64,000 nt of DNA, from contig NC_059428.1 of NCBI RefSeq assembly GCF_021028975.2, forward strand, positions 86,428,001-86,492,000. The letters run 5' to 3'. Shown one piece after another: positions 11,704 to 28,389 of this stretch. Under the pieces are notes generated by a model. The model made no database searches. It was not told the origin of the DNA and worked only from the letters and a program-made list of their open reading frames with translations. The stretch is from Sphaerodactylus townsendi. Taxonomy: Eukaryota. The position numbers and the translations under genes are program-made. How positions within the stretch are numbered: the stretch's first letter is position 1; every line of letters starts with the position of its first letter.

Positions 11704-14607
11704 CTATATTGTATGGATACAAATGGTGAACATTTTTCTCAAAAGAAAAATTTACGTATAAAGTCAAATTTTAGTAGAGCTAATGAAAACGTTTCACTGT
11801 ATTTGGCATTCATAACATTACCACATGGAGTACCCTAACCATGTCGAGCAGCTGTGAGCCCAGGCCAGAAGTCAGTCAAAGTCAATGGTTCCCTCTTGTC
11901 CCAATCATATGTATCCAAAGCTAGGCAGAAGCATTGATACTGGCCTCCATGTGGAGGGCATAACATTTGACTCATCTCTAAAAGACTTTGTTCATACATT
12001 GCGATGATGCGACAGCCACTAAAAACTATTTACACAAGCAAACACCAGTCTCCAAATTCTTAGCAGCACACTTCCTTGTGGGAATGTTGCCATGAAAAAC
12101 AACTGAATAACCCAGTTGAACCCTGCATATACATTAGTATGCACATAATTTGCTGCAATGATGAGGAGCCAAACTATACTACATAGAAAAAGGTTATAAG
12201 CAGCTGCTACATCACCAGGATAATATGCACGAATTGGGATCAATTCAAGCCATGCTGTTGGGTGACTCAATGTCACTATGCTAGAAGGTTCTGTGGATTG
12301 CAGAACTTGAGACACTAGAAAAACCTAGGACTGACAACTGCCAGGCTTAACTGGAATGGCCAAGTTATTATTCATCTGTGCCATACTAGAGCTGATTGAA
12401 TACAGTTATAGAATTGGATCGAATAGAGGATTCTGTTTCATAAACAGTAAAGGGGCATGATTTCACAGCCCACCACCTCCCATATTGTTCTGGGGGGATG
12501 CCTGTACTCCAGGAGTAACATTGTGGACTGCAGTGGAAGAGGAAGGCAGGAAAGTTCCATTTTGATCAGGCAAATTATTTCCAAAAGAAGCAATTTATCA
12601 TGGGATTGAAGCCACAGACACAGGATTGGATCTAGACCAAATTTTCCACTAACAGAAGGTATGGAGTAATTTTTGACCTCCTTCCTCCTGAAGACTCCTG
12701 ATTTGTCCCGCATTCTGTTCTGCACCACTTGGAGCAGCATTTTTGGGAAATCAATGGGTTGTTGTGGGGGAGGAAGAAGTGCCTTGCATTAGCAGAAAAT
12801 CTAACATGCTGTCTTGAATTTTCTTTGAAGAGATAAATTGCAAATACAATGGATCAGAGTTTTGTTTAATTGTTGATGTAATTACATTTAGCTTTCACAA
12901 AGGTCAACAGACATAAGCACTCTAAAGTATGGCTAATGTATATAATTGTGTGATGCCATACAGGTGAAATTGTTTAGGACCTTGGGAAATTAAAGGGAAA
13001 TATGTACAAAAGTATTTATTCACCAATTCAGTTTGCCATACACACTGAAAAGTGGTAATTTTTATTGGATTGAACAGATGACACCATTCACACCAATAGC
13101 TGCTGGAAGCATTAGCCCAGATGTCTGCAAATTCCTTGTTTTTACTATTTTTTAGAACTTGTAATTTGAACTGGAGAGGATCAGAGATACAAACCTGGAT
13201 TTATTTAGCTTTTGCTTTTAATTAACTTCATTTATAACCTGCCTTTTTTTCCTCAATGGGGAATCAACACAGTTTACATTGTTCTCCTCTCCTACAGTTT
13301 AATGTTTTATTTTATTATGTTGTTTAGATTGTTTTTACATTGTTATTATCCATTTTGGATCCTGGGAAGCCTGGGAGAAAGGCAGGTGTATAAATATTTT
13401 AAAGCAAATAAACAATGTTTAATATTACTATATTTTTTAAGACAGTCTACTGCACCGTACCAATTTTGAATGTAAATGTTGGCTTGGCAAAAGCATTACT
13501 TGAACATACCAGACTTGTGGAACTTCTGTATATCTATATCTAGGTAACAAACATTCTCAGCTACCTCTCAGTCATTACTGTTTACAAAGTTTGCTATACT
13601 TTCAGATGGACAGCTTACATATTACCCAGCCCATCATCACTGCTTTTTTGAACAGCACATAACAATTATTTACTGTGCACATGGGGAAATCTGCTCACAC
13701 CAAAATACACCCCAAAAGCAAAGTCATAGTCCTAAACAGAGGATGAACACAAGTGTGGGCTCAGCATGAAAGTTTGGTACTGTCACAATCTGGATAATAA
13801 TGCAACCAGGAGACTGGGTCAGACACACCTTAGAAAGATTCCAGTTGCTTCCTTACAGGAAACACCCCTTCACTTTAATGAATATACATTTTATCAAACA
13901 AAAGTAAAATTATCAGGAGCATAAAATGGATCTACCCCAAGAGACATTTATTGTTAGATATGTCATAGATAGTTTACTTGAGCTAAAGAACTAAGTCTCA
14001 GTGTACTCTTTCAGTAGGCACTAATTCAATTGAAATAAAGTAAACTCTTACCTAACCTTCAGCAGGGACAGTGAGGTGGGTCTCATATTAGAAAAAGGAA
14101 ACCTGGACAGCTCCAGAGAAGGAGAAAGGAGAAACAGGAAGAACTGCAGCAACTGTGCTACAAGAAGCAAACAGCAGGGAAAAGCTCTTTCCTTCTGTAG
14201 AGGGACTCAGCTAAGGAGGCCGAAAGCAAGGAGAAGAGAGAAAAGAACAGTCTTTAGAGAACTAATCTTAAGCAACACACTGCTTGTGTGCCACTTCACA
14301 TGCACCACTGAAAGAACTAGAGGAGAATTACCAGCAACGTCATGGTTAAGTGCTGGACAGTCTTTGTTTTAGAATGCTCCAGTTGAGTCCTAGTGCCTAC
14401 CTAGTTCTGTTTGGTAGGCACTAGGATTCAAGCGGAACATTCTGAAACAGAGACAGCCCAGCACGTGGCAGATAAAGTTATAATTCCACTAGTTCTTTTG
14501 GTGGAAAAGGGTACCGTTTCCTTAAGCAGACAACAGAAATGTCAAAGCACGTTCATTCTGATTTGCAGAATGAATGCTAGAAAAGGAAGCTGAAGGATAT
14601 ATTCTAC

Positions 14608-14732
14608 CTTTTTGCACCACCTGCATCAGGTGAGACAATAACACAGTTTCTCCAGTCCACAATATTTTCTTTGATCCACTGCAACACTGCTGGTTCTGCA
14701 TACAGGTTGTCCACTGGGATATCAAAGAACCC
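14608..14732 (-). CDS. PRPS2: PRPS2 coding exon 4 ([41 protein letters not shown])
   Basis: 125 nt; ctAG| acceptor and AAG|GTAGAA donor; translated by hand. Confidence 0.97.
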
Positions 14733-15884
14733 CTAGAGAATACAAGAGAGGAATTAGCCATTGTATATTAAACTAGGGCTTGACAAATCCCAAGTGCCCA
14801 GGCACCATGGCACTGAGACATTTTCTCTGTTATTTATTTTAAGTCCCTCCTGGTGGTTTTCAGTAGAAGTGATTAGAAGTACAGTGAGGGATGGAGGTCA
14901 GCTTTTTGTTGTGATGACAACTAGGTTTAACCAATCCTTATTTATAGACACAACATTTTTGTTATACCTTTAAAAAATGACAAGAAATGGAAGTGTTTAA
15001 GATGAGTTTTGTGGTAACAGTAATGAGAAAGCAAAATAAAAAACTCTGAAGGAAGATTCTCTGCTCTGCAGTGCCTTGGCACCATTGTACCCCATGGGGA
15101 ATTTCTGTGCAGGCTGCACATTTTTGTAGAGGCACCAGATTTTCAAGGTGGCTCCAGGAGGCCCTCCTGGTAATAGCATCCAGTCTTCTTGAACTTTGCT
15201 TCTGGGGGCAGTGGGAGGGGTGAGAGTTCTAAGAGAACTCAGTCAGCAGGCTTCATGTGTAGGAGCAGGGAAGCAAAATATGCCTTTTGGGGGCCAATAA
15301 AATTGAACCCCCCAGAAGCAAAGTTCACCAAGCCTGCTGAGTGTTTGCTGTGAGGGGGAAGGGTAGGGAGTTTGTTCCCAAGGGTGTTTGCTGTGAGGGG
15401 GAAGGGTAGGGAGTTTGTAAACCCCTTTGAGTCTCCTATAGGAGAAAAGGGGGGATATAAATCCAACTCTTCTCCTCCTCCTCATCTCCTGTTGGCTCCC
15501 ATTGGAAACAATGGGGGATGGGGCACTCACTTTGGGGGGCCATAACTTTGGACCCCCTGAACCAAACTTCACCAAGCTTGGGTGATATCATCAAGACAGT
15601 CTTCAGATGAGACCCAGAAATTCTGGTACTGCTAGCTTTAAAAATGTGCTCCCTGTAGGCCAAAACACGAAAAAACAAAAACAAAAAAAGCCTGAATGCC
15701 TTGCTTTTTGGATTTGGGCAGGACATATTTGGCCGATTTTGGCCTGAATATGCCCATATTCGGCCCGAATCCAGGATTCAGTGCACCCGAATCTCCAAGC
15801 CTATTTCCCCTCTATTTTTTGTTTTGTTTTTCATGCCAAATGCTCAAGTGAGGAGAGAGAGAGAGAGAGAGAGAGGTTCTATTC

Positions 15885-16267
15885 AGATAACGCAAACCAT
15901 CGCCATTTCCATCGCCAGCTGTGAAAGATCATTCAGCAAGTTAAAACTAATACTTTCATATCTGAAAGCTGCCTTGGGTCAAGACAGACTCTGTAATCGT
16001 GCTCTGCTGAGTGTAGAAAGAGAAGAAACTGGGGAAAAAACTGACTTTGATCACATCATAGACCAATTTGCAACAGTGAAAGAAAGGAAGATTCAGTTAT
16101 AATTTTCATGTAGTGCCATAATTTGTTAATTAAAAGATTAATGTGTTTGACTTGTACTTTTGAGCTGACATCATGGTAAAGTTATCTGAAAGATGGCTGT
16201 CAGATGTTTGGATGGGGTGCAATTTCAGTGCTTGTCCCGGGCGCTATTTCCTATAGATATACCCCTG
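15885..16267 (+). mobile_element. hAT (Tip100/ZMYM-like) transposon 3' end with a hATC dimerization-domain remnant
   Basis: TIAISIASCERSFSKLKLILSYL...QDRL..LALLSVE-like motif, then stop, subterminal region and end ...atagatatacccctg. Confidence 0.85.
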
Positions 16268-17339
16268 CACACTGCCTCTGAATTTCATTTGAGCTTTAGA
16301 GACAATGGGGGAGACTCAGTGACTCCTCCATGCAGTTCTGCTGGCTGTCCCACTGACTGTGAAGCCTGTTTTGGTTTTAGAGGCAGCAGGCAAGAGCTGT
16401 GGGCAGTGATTAGCACAGCCATTCCTTCCACAACGCTCTGCTGGCTGCCCTGCTGCCTCTGAAGCCTGATTGGTCTTTAGAAGCAGCTGGGGAGAGAGAG
16501 AGCAGAAAGCAGAAAAAGCGAAACATTTTTTGGCTTTTTAAGGCTTTGGCTATTTGGCTCTGCCTGGATAGCTGTTTTCTTTTTCTTTTCTTTTTTTTTT
16601 TTTGGGGGGGGGAGCTCAGCCAAAAACCCCTGGGAAAAGCTGAAATAGCTTTTTCCAAGGGGTTTTCCAGCTCGGCTTTATCTGAACATACAATCCAATA
16701 ATCAGTCTGAAAATGTTCTAAAAGCCAAGTTCCTAGTTCTTCATTGTTGGAGGGCTTTCACTGAAATAACTGAAACTACGACAGGGGAGGACTTCAGAAA
16801 GTGCTAAGAGAAGAAAAATGCAAAAATGAACGACTGAAGTCTGATGCATTTCAGAACTAGAAAACTGCAAGGGACACACTAGTTTAAATCAGGATTTTTA
16901 AAAATTCACTGTTTCTAGAATTGCTTTTGATTAGTTCATTTCAGTGAACTGTTTTCCAATACCTTATCAGGTCCTCTCTTCTAATTTCCTCAGCTTATCA
17001 GTGTCATCCTTCACTTTTCCCTTCTCACTGAAATAGTAATCAAGGCTCTGGAATGACTATCTTTGATTTTCCTCCATGAATTCTAAGATAGTGAAACTCA
17101 AGGGAGTGAAAAACAGATGTCTCATTTGGCCTTGGGGTACCATCCAAAATTTCACGCTCTTTTGAGATCATGGTCTAAATCAAGCAGTCTGGGAAAGGAC
17201 AATTTTTTATTTGGACTGCAACTGGGGTCCAAATTTGAAATTAAGAGAATTGAAATGGTTCAAAATAGACCTGGTCATCATGACTATGAAGAGAAAATCG
17301 TGAGAATTTCAGCTGCCACTTTTTAATCACAGCAAGTCA

Positions 17340-17579
<240 letters not shown>

Positions 17580-18299
17580 TTAAAGAAAGGGCAGAATAAA
17601 AATTGAACTAAGTAAATACATAAAATTAATTTTCTAACATTTGGCAGAATGGCACTAATAGTTCATACTGAAATTACTGTTTGAACTATTCTAATTAAAT
17701 GTCTTCAAAATACAAGTGATGTAGTAAGTCATAGACTTTCAAAATCCTACTTTAATGGATACTTTTTATTTTAGGAACTCTGGTGCTTAAGACTAGATGC
17801 AAGTATCCTAAAACAATCAGACAAGCCCTTCTGTTCTGCAGCTTTTATTTGTTGCAAAAGCCTGCCTGGCTGAATTCACAATGGAACATCAATGGCTACC
17901 CAGAAGCAAAGCTTGGACTGTTTATAGAGCAGTTATCTTCTCTTTCAAGTACATGTCACGTAGATAAAAATTATAAACACTGAAGTTAGTGAGGGTAAAT
18001 AGAGGTATTCAGAACATTTCATTTCCAGAGATGTGGCAAAGGGAAAAAAATCCAGAATTTGATTTTTTTTGGGGGGGGGGGGGGAAAGCAGCAGAGAGCC
18101 AATGCTTACTGACTCAACTGTTGTGTCAGCAGCTGTGAGGTAAAGTTCAACATACTGATGACATTATTGATTTCAATGCTGAAAGGACTAAAAATTCAGT
18201 AAATTGTGAAGGGAATGTTTGGCAGTCACCACTTAAAAAGCCCCATCTTGTTCACTAGCAGTCGCTGAGAAAACTCAATAGAGATGACAACTCTGAGAA

Positions 18300-19190
18300 C
18301 TATGTAGGGATGTTTTGGTTCAAAGTTGTTGTTTTGTGCCATGGTGGAAAGATCTTTCCTGGCAAGACAGGAGCACAGCTGAATACAGCGAAAAGCATCT
18401 CTGGCCACCACAGCCACCTGTTTATGCAACAGGAGGCTTGGGTCTAGCAGCACCTCCACACTATGAACCTGCTCCTTTGGAGACAAGCAAGCCATCTAGA
18501 ACAGGAGATAGGCCTGTTTCTGGGTCTTCTTTCACCAGCAGCACTTCCATTTTGCCAGCATTAAGTTTCATCTTGTTATCCATCATTCATTCCTCCTGGA
18601 ACCTGTTTACAGTTTTTACAGCTTCCCTGGTACCTGCTAGAAGTCCAAGAAAGAACTGAGTGTCATCTGCATATTGGTAGCTACTCAGCCCCAATTGTGG
18701 GATGACTTTTCTCAACAGCTTTCTGTAGATGTTAAAAAACAGGCAGGACAAAATGTGGGGGGGCGCCAACATTTCAGGGTCGTTTGTGTGGTTTTTAAAT
18801 GTTTTAAGTGTTTTTTCACGTTCCGGCCTGCAGGGGGTGCATTTTTAAGGCTAGCGGCACCATGATTTCAGGGTACCATCCAGAGACTGCCCTGATGATA
18901 CCACCCAAATTTGGTGATGTTTGGTTCAGGAGTAGCAAACTGCACACACCAAGGTAGGACCAAAACCACTGCAAAACAGTGTCTATGAATCCCAACCCTG
19001 AAAGGTGATCTAGAAGAACACCATGGTAGTGAAAGTGAAAGGAGAATTATATCTATCTCCCAGCACATGTCATCCACCAGGGTGATCAAGGTTGTTTCAG
19101 TCCTTTAACCTGGCTTGAAACTAGACTGGAATAAATCTAAATCACTGAAATTGTTCAACCATCACTTGTTAAACGACCTAACTCTGAGAT
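18300..19190 (-). mobile_element. Degenerate L2-clade LINE RT fragment, split by a DNA-transposon-like insert at about 18760-18940
   Basis: Minus-strand DLFQSSFKPG*RTETTLITLVDD and YQYADDTQ motifs. Confidence 0.75.
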
Positions 19191-20974
19191 TGGATGGTAG
19201 CTATTCAATTCTAATGAGTCCAGAGTAAGCTTTTACAGGAGTGTATGCACCACTGTCTACTTCAAGGCAGGAGAGATCATCCCTCCTTCGGGGAGGCATT
19301 TATTGCCTCCTGGACCCAGTCCGCAAGTCTTCCCACCCGAGGCAGATTTAAGCAGCTAGGAGGGTAAGGCTCATACAAACAAGCAGTAGATTTCAGACTT
19401 CCAAGAATCCTGTCCATTATCTTCAGACTGGACAATCTGAAAGGTTGTCCACACAACTGGACAAATCAGCATTCTGGGACCACCCAATCCTGTCACTGTT
19501 AATTTAGAATGTAGAATCCCAAGTCAGAATGGATACAAGAAGTTTTATTTGCAAACTACTTAGCAATATGATTGCAGAGGGCTATAGAGAACTCTACTTC
19601 CTCCTGGGACCTTCTGTATGTAAAGTTATTCCACTGCCCTCCCCCTTGATATCCCTTTAAACCATTAAACCTAAATCCCACCAGGCAGTGATTTGTACCT
19701 GACAAGGAGACTATCTCCCCCCACCTTCAGATCACAGTCTTCCTGCCCAGAGCAGAATGCGTTTCCAGTAGTGGTAGACATCCTCTATTTTACTTTTTAG
19801 GGTTTCTGGAATGTTTGCACATGGGGAAAATAATTTTACATATTAGGTCTTAATTTTGGTCTGTTCCTCCAAGATCCAAAATGGCAGCTCTGTGCCAGAA
19901 TGGCAAAATCTCATGTAGAACACATTGTTTTCTTGCTAAGGCTAAACAGCCTCTGGTATAGGCTTTTACACAGATATTTACTGATCCAGGTAATAGATGG
20001 CCCTTGTCCCTACAAGGTACAAGTTGGTTTGTTGGGGCAATTTAAATATTTTAAAAGCTAAGAGAAAAAAAGTTGACCCCGTTACAGACAGTTCTATTCC
20101 AGAGAGAATCTTCCTGCAACTTTTTTGGGAAAACACACATACCCTGAAAAACAATATGCATGACTGAATTTTTGAACACCAGGGTTGTAGAAAAATCCTA
20201 GAAGCGTAGAGGCAGCTTCTCCCAACAGGCACAGAACAATTCAGTTACACTTGACTGGAAGAATTCTGTGATGAATTCTGTGATGTTTGGACAGTTTGGA
20301 CTGTTCTTCCAGCTGAAGGAAGCTCAAATGACAATTGGTATTAATCACAAACCCATTTGAGGCAGCTTTTTTCAGCAGGCCAAAGGTCCAGCAATTTCAA
20401 AAAACAACTTTCTCACCAGCTTTACAAAACTTAGCTTCCATCGTTTCCAGCACTGTTTTAAAATGGAAACCAACCACAAAGACAGTGAAGTGAAGATTAC
20501 TCACCCTCAAACAAGGCCAAACCCTTCCGTAATTTCTGCTGTACTCCCAACTGCAGACCTTAGAGGGTGTTTTTTTTTTTGGTAAATTGTCAAAAGTTCC
20601 AGCCATCCCACTGACATTTGTGGCCTCATGTTTCTACTAGCAATCTCAGAGAAGTAAAGTTCTTCAGTTGGTGCTTTATACGTGTATATATGTTGTCAAA
20701 TTGTAACAGACTCATGGTGACCAGCAAGGGACTTTTTGTCAGGCTTATGGCTGAGGACAGCAATGGTATCCATTCTAACTGGCTTCTCTTTTCCTTCCCT
20801 TTTCCTGTCCTCCCACCTTTTCCTCCTATGTTTTCCATAATACGTATGGAATAAAAATGTTTTATTGACCCACTGAATTTAATTATTCTGTATGCCACCC
20901 TGGGCCTGCATGGGGAACGGCAGCCTATAAAATCAAATAAATAAAATTAAAAGCAAGTGAGAAGCAGAAATGTT

Positions 20975-21055
20975 TTGCCATTACCTTCCTCTACAGAGTC
21001 TTCTTTGGTGCTTTTCCATTCAAGCATCGACCCTGCTTAGCTTTCAAAATCTGAG
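20975..21055 (-). mobile_element. Degenerate 5S-derived SINE fragment
   Basis: Reverse complement has the aagctaagcagggtc 5S motif followed by a ggaaggtaatggcaaa Sauria-like tail. Confidence 0.5.
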
Positions 21056-21471
21056 CTATTCCATGCCACCTCCCCCCACCTTCCTGCCCACTTTACATAT
21101 CTGGTGAAAGACATAAAGGCACGATTATTCCATATTTACATGGAATGTAATTTATTAGCATAAAAGCACCCTCACATGTTTGCAATTACAACATAACACG
21201 AAGCAGATGGATTCTGCTTTCAATCTGGCAAATGCCTTTTGGAAAATAGATTTCCTGTCTCACTAACCAAGTCCAGTGTTCTAGGGCTTATGACACAACA
21301 CTGTAGAGTGCAGCCAACCTTGTCTTTCATGGGTTGTGGGATGAGATATGCGGTGAGATTAAAGATGTAGCCGTGTTTGTAGTTGGTAGCACTGAAACCA
21401 TAATTTGAAAGCACATTGAAACCTGCTACCAATTAAGAACTCTTAGGGGCAACCTTCATTAGCCCCTAGCC

Positions 21472-23614
<2,143 letters not shown>

Positions 23615-24802
23615 TTAATTGCCTACTTACTCAGGCACAATACTCTGCCTAAATAATCATTTGCTACTCAAAAAGATTTTGTATAATAGTGTTAGCCTAG
23701 GCTGGTCAGGGTTTAAATCTGCACTCAGCTATGAAACTCACTGGGTGTCCTTGAGGTAATCACTAGCATGTATCCCTCACTCTACTGAGCAAAGTTTGAA
23801 GCCTTCTCCAAGCTCAGAACTCTTCCCCCAACCTAAGTGACTTCTTCCTCTAACAGAAGAGCCATAGGTTGGAAGAAGGCTCCTAAGACTTGTGGGACGT
23901 TCTCCAGCATAAGTGGCAAACTTTGCTGTCCTACTGAGGGGACGCATATGGGCTCCTAAGATTTTTGGGATCCACATTCATTTTGAACTATAACCCTTCC
24001 CCTCTGATTCCAGGAGTTCTGCAGGTAGTGAATGCATAGGCTTTGGGTACGTGGCTGTGAGGAAAGTTTTGTGGTGAACAAGGAGATTATTGAGATCACT
24101 GAGGCAGGCTTAATATACAAACAACAAGTTACAGGTTGGTTTTAAAGGAACAAACCAGCAGCACAGGTCTTCTGATAGACAAAGTAGAAACCTGGATGAA
24201 TACAAAAATTTAAACTGATTATGACTTCAGAGTGTAGTCAGACCTTTCTACAATGCTTCCAGTCATCAATAGACCTTTATGGACTAGTTGGATTCTCTTT
24301 CACACACAGGATTCCACCCACACCAGCCTGCCTTTCTCACAGTCAGACTAAATTGTACAAGGTTTGCTTATAACTGGAGACAGCCCTAACAATCAAACAC
24401 CCCCTTCTCTTCCAGAGATAGAGCTAAATTGCTCTGCCATACTCCCAGGAAGAGCTACCCTCCATTCTGTCTGCTCTTTTTCTTCAGCTGTTACTGATCA
24501 CTCCTTGAGACAGAGCTCAAATCTCTCTTCTCCTGCATTCCTGCCAACATCTCTGGAAGGTGACTGGATGCTGAAGAAGCACTCCTGTGGACTCATCTGA
24601 GTGGCTGATTTTTCCTTCAGGGAAAGGACAGCCTCTTGACCACCACATAAGGTTAGAAAAAACAGAGGCAGAGAGGACTGTATAAATTATTCCGAACTGC
24701 TCGGAGGAAGGACTGCATTAAAAATATGACAGATATTTGTTTCCATGTTTACTGGATTCTTCCCAATTCAGGAGGTCCACCAATCTTTAAGTATCCTATC
24801 GC

Positions 24803-24950
24803 GATCAAGTCTAGTAGCACTGTAGGGACCAACATGATTTTCAGGATAAGAGCTTTCGAGAGTCTAAGCTCCCTCCATCAAAAAGCTTAGACTCTCAAAA
24901 TTTTATACCCTGAAAATCTTGTTGGTCTTTAGGGTCCTGCTGGACATGAA
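24803..24950. mobile_element. Degenerate Penelope-like inverted terminal fragment
   Basis: Inverted arms accaacatgattttcaggataag..gagagtctaagct / agcttagactctc..ccctgaaaatcttgttggt. Confidence 0.55.
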
Positions 24951-25026
24951 CATGGTACTGAACTCAAATCCAGCTGTTTTATTGCAGACCAACATGGCTA
25001 CTCTGTGAAACTATCTTACCTTAGGG

Positions 25027-25172
25027 CCATGGTGGCGAACCTTTGACACTCCAGATGTTATGGACTACAATTCCCATCAACCCCTGCCAGAATAGTCAAT
25101 TGGCCATGCTGGCAGGGGCTGATGGGAATTGTAGTCCATAACATCTGGAGTGTCAAAGATTCACCACCACTG
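25027..25172. mobile_element. Palindromic hAT MITE related to 8183-8319
   Basis: Inverted-repeat body with ggactacaattcccatca; 8-bp TSD ccttaggg. Confidence 0.85.
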
Positions 25173-25554
25173 CCTTAGGGCATTCTATGTGTTTCCACTG
25201 ACCTAATTTATTATAAAATAAAGGCACTGGCTACTTATCTCTTGGATAGGAGCTCTGTTTTCAATATGACTAAAACTCGTTCCCTATCAAGCTTTTTAAT
25301 AAACTGTCCTCCCTCTCTGGAGAAATCGTTGTGGAGAAAGAACATTCTTCTGAGGACCAGCAGCTCTGCTTCATCTCTGATCAGAACTGACAGAATTAGT
25401 CAATTCCATCTGATGTAGAGATATAGCAGAACCAGTCCAACACAGTGGAAGCCAGTGGAAGTGGGAAAGGCTAGAACAGTAAAACCTGCAGAAATGCAGG
25501 AGGCAGCATTCTCAGGTGGCTACAGATACCTTCAAGTTACTTTACTTCTCAAGT

Positions 25555-26100
25555 ATGGAACCAAGAAATCAAAAGGAGATTGAGACTGGGATGGGATGCC
25601 ATAAAGGAGTTACCGAGAATATCCTTAACTTTAAGGAAGTTTCACTGACAACATAGATCAAGTTAATTCATGCCATAGTATTTCCTATTATTATATATGG
25701 GCATATAAAGGTGAACAATGAAGAAAACTGACAGGAAGAAAGTATATTATTTTGAAATGTAATGTTGGAGGAGAGTGTTACAAATACTATGGACCGCCCA
25801 AAAATCAAATAAGTGGGTTCTAGGTCAAATCAAGTCTGAACTCTCCCTAGAAGTTAAAATGACTAAAGTGAGGCTGTTGTATTTTGGTCACATTATGAGA
25901 ACGCAAGAAAAGATAATTATACAAAGAAAAGTTGGAAGCAGCAAGAAAAAAGGATTGCGATGGATTGACTCTATAATAAGAGTAATGGCCCTCAGTTTGA
26001 AATACCTGAGCAAGGCCATTATCAATTAGGGCAATCTGAAGGACACTGTCTCATAGAGCTGCCATGAATCAGAAACAATTTGACAGCACGTAACACACAT
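25555..26100 (+). mobile_element. RTE (BovB-like) LINE 3' fragment
   Basis: QEIKRRLRLG, then LQILWTAQKSNKWVL..LLYFGHIMR and RWID motifs with frameshifts. Confidence 0.8.
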
Positions 26101-26725
26101 AAACATTAGATCCTCTCATGGCTCACTAGTTTAGAAACTGTCATGCTCATTCTTGGATATAAGCACCTAAAATTTGATTCCCAAGTGCAAAGAGGTCTGA
26201 ATAGAGGCTTCTATTCTTGCATCCCAAAAATAATTTTCAAGGTCACTTTCACATGCCAACTGCTTAATGTCCAAACTGCGAGCTGTTAATAAACCAATTT
26301 CAAGTTAGAGACTCTCCATTCTTCTTCAAGTGTCAATTTTGAGAACCCACAAGCTGTTACTAATAGACACTTTTCCAAGTGCTTTTTCAACTTTTCCAAG
26401 AAGCAGCAAATTTCCAAATAGCAACTTATTAATGTGGTATCATACACAGAATGGAACTCATGCTCTTAGTATAATAGATGGTTGTGACAATCAGTTATCT
26501 CTGACTAGTGCCCTACTGGACCCTATGATACGTGAAGGGAAAAAGTTACATTCAAGGTAGAGGAAGAATATACACATCAAGTAACACCAGTATTCCTAGC
26601 TTATTACAGTAATGTACTGTACAGGGAAGGGGTCATAGCTCAGTGGCAGAACATTTGTTTTGCATACAGAAGATCCTAATTTCACTCCCACCTCTCACAT
26701 GGAGAGAGATCCTAGAGAGACACTG

Positions 26726-27165
26726 AGGCCGTTTCCACATGGCAGCGGAAGGGGTTGGGTCGGCGTGGATGCGAACGGTCCCAGAACCTCCCGGGACGAC
26801 CTACCTGTCCTGCGGCCCTCCGGCACATCACCGAGGCCAGGGGACATGCCCTCCTGCCCCGCACAACCGCTCTGGAGTCGCAGGGCAGAGGGTGTGTGTC
26901 CCCAGGCCTCGGCAATGTGCCGGAGGGCCGCAGGACAGGTGGGTCGCCTGGACATGGGGGGAGGGAAGGCACGGCAGCAGCTCCAAGCCGCCGTTTTCCA
27001 AAAACCTCGCTGGGGAAGCGAGGTTGGAAAATGGCGGCTTCGCTCCACCCTCGCCATTTTCCAACCTCGCTGCGAAGCAGCTGCGCCCCCTGTACGAACG
27101 GCTCCCTGGGGACGGCATTTTTGCCGTCCCTAGGGCGCCGTATTCCGCCCGTGCGGAAAGGGCCG
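26726..27165. mobile_element. CpG-rich PIF/Harbinger-like MITE; related element at about 59897-60358
   Basis: Imperfect TIRs ggccgtttccacatgg / ccgtgcggaaagggcc; internal palindromes; the gccgtccctagggcg motif is shared in reverse orientation with the 59.9-kb copy. Confidence 0.6.
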
Positions 27166-28389
27166 GTGAGAGAGAGTGAGAGAGAGACAGACAGACAGAC
27201 TCACTCAAAAACTGGTAATATTTTCCTTGCTGTATACAATTATGGGCAGACCAATCTTTCAGGAAGGATAAAGTCTAAATTAATTTTATCGAAGAAACCA
27301 ACTTATCTTATTAAAAGATGTCACAAGAGAGTAATGAAGCATGAAAAATCAGGCACATTTGACAAGAGACCATTGAATTAAATCCACCATTGTTACTGAT
27401 GTAAAAAATTAAAGGCATGGTACCAGAATTCTATAATATCACATTATAATTGACATTTATATAGCAAGACAGTGTGATGTAGCGGTTAGATGGCTGGAGT
27501 TTGACTCAGAAGCTCCAGCTGATTTTTTGGCTAGTCCAGGAAGCTTATTAGGAAACTGGTTTGTGGCAATGAACGACATATGTTTTTGTCCATAACTAAA
27601 AATGTACTCTTAAATGTGAATTAAGCTGGCAAAAGGTAAAAGTCACGATGTAACCAGAGTTAAACACAAAAGTATTATTGGTTTTGGGATGACTCTATCA
27701 ACTGCATGTTTAACTCTTACACAAAAATCCACTGAATTTAAAAAATGCTTAACACTGACACAATTGCATCAAAAAGTTTGCATCAGCCAGCTTACTGCAG
27801 AGCTTCAATTTAATGTAGACCTATCAAGGACAAAATTACTAATTAACCATGTGGGTCTTTCCCTCCCCCCCCCCCCAAGTTTAAACAATTTTTTGCTGTG
27901 ACAGTGCAGATAAGAGGCAATCAAATGAGGTCTTCCTCCAGTAGGACATATCTGTTTGTTTTATGCAATTTATCAAATCCAGCCATTTGGAACTTTCAGT
28001 TCACTTGAAGTTCAGTAAATAAATGCCAGCAAAGCCCTTAGACAGTGGTGAGGTGGCACTGAACACACAGTGGGTATTTCAGCAGCGCTTTCAAACTTCC
28101 ATCACACTAAATTTATTCACTTTTATACAAACCAATATTGTGCAGTTAACGGCAGACTTAGTAATGGACTTCTTGGGTTCTTTGCTTGACCCATTATGCC
28201 ATCCCTTCTGCATTCTGCTGGAACTCACCAGCTGGTCCTTTTAAATGGAGATGCTAGAGACTGAACCTGAGTCCTTCTGCATAGAAAGGAGATGCTCTAC
28301 CAGCAGGTCATGGTTCCTCCCCTAATGATCAATGTAGGTAAGACAAGACTGATTTCAGTCTGACTTAAGGATAGTAGCTGCCTCTGTCA

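Noticed and set aside
26660-27381. Overlapping 120-208 aa ORFs
   Set aside because: Produced by a GC-rich palindromic MITE; no protein motifs
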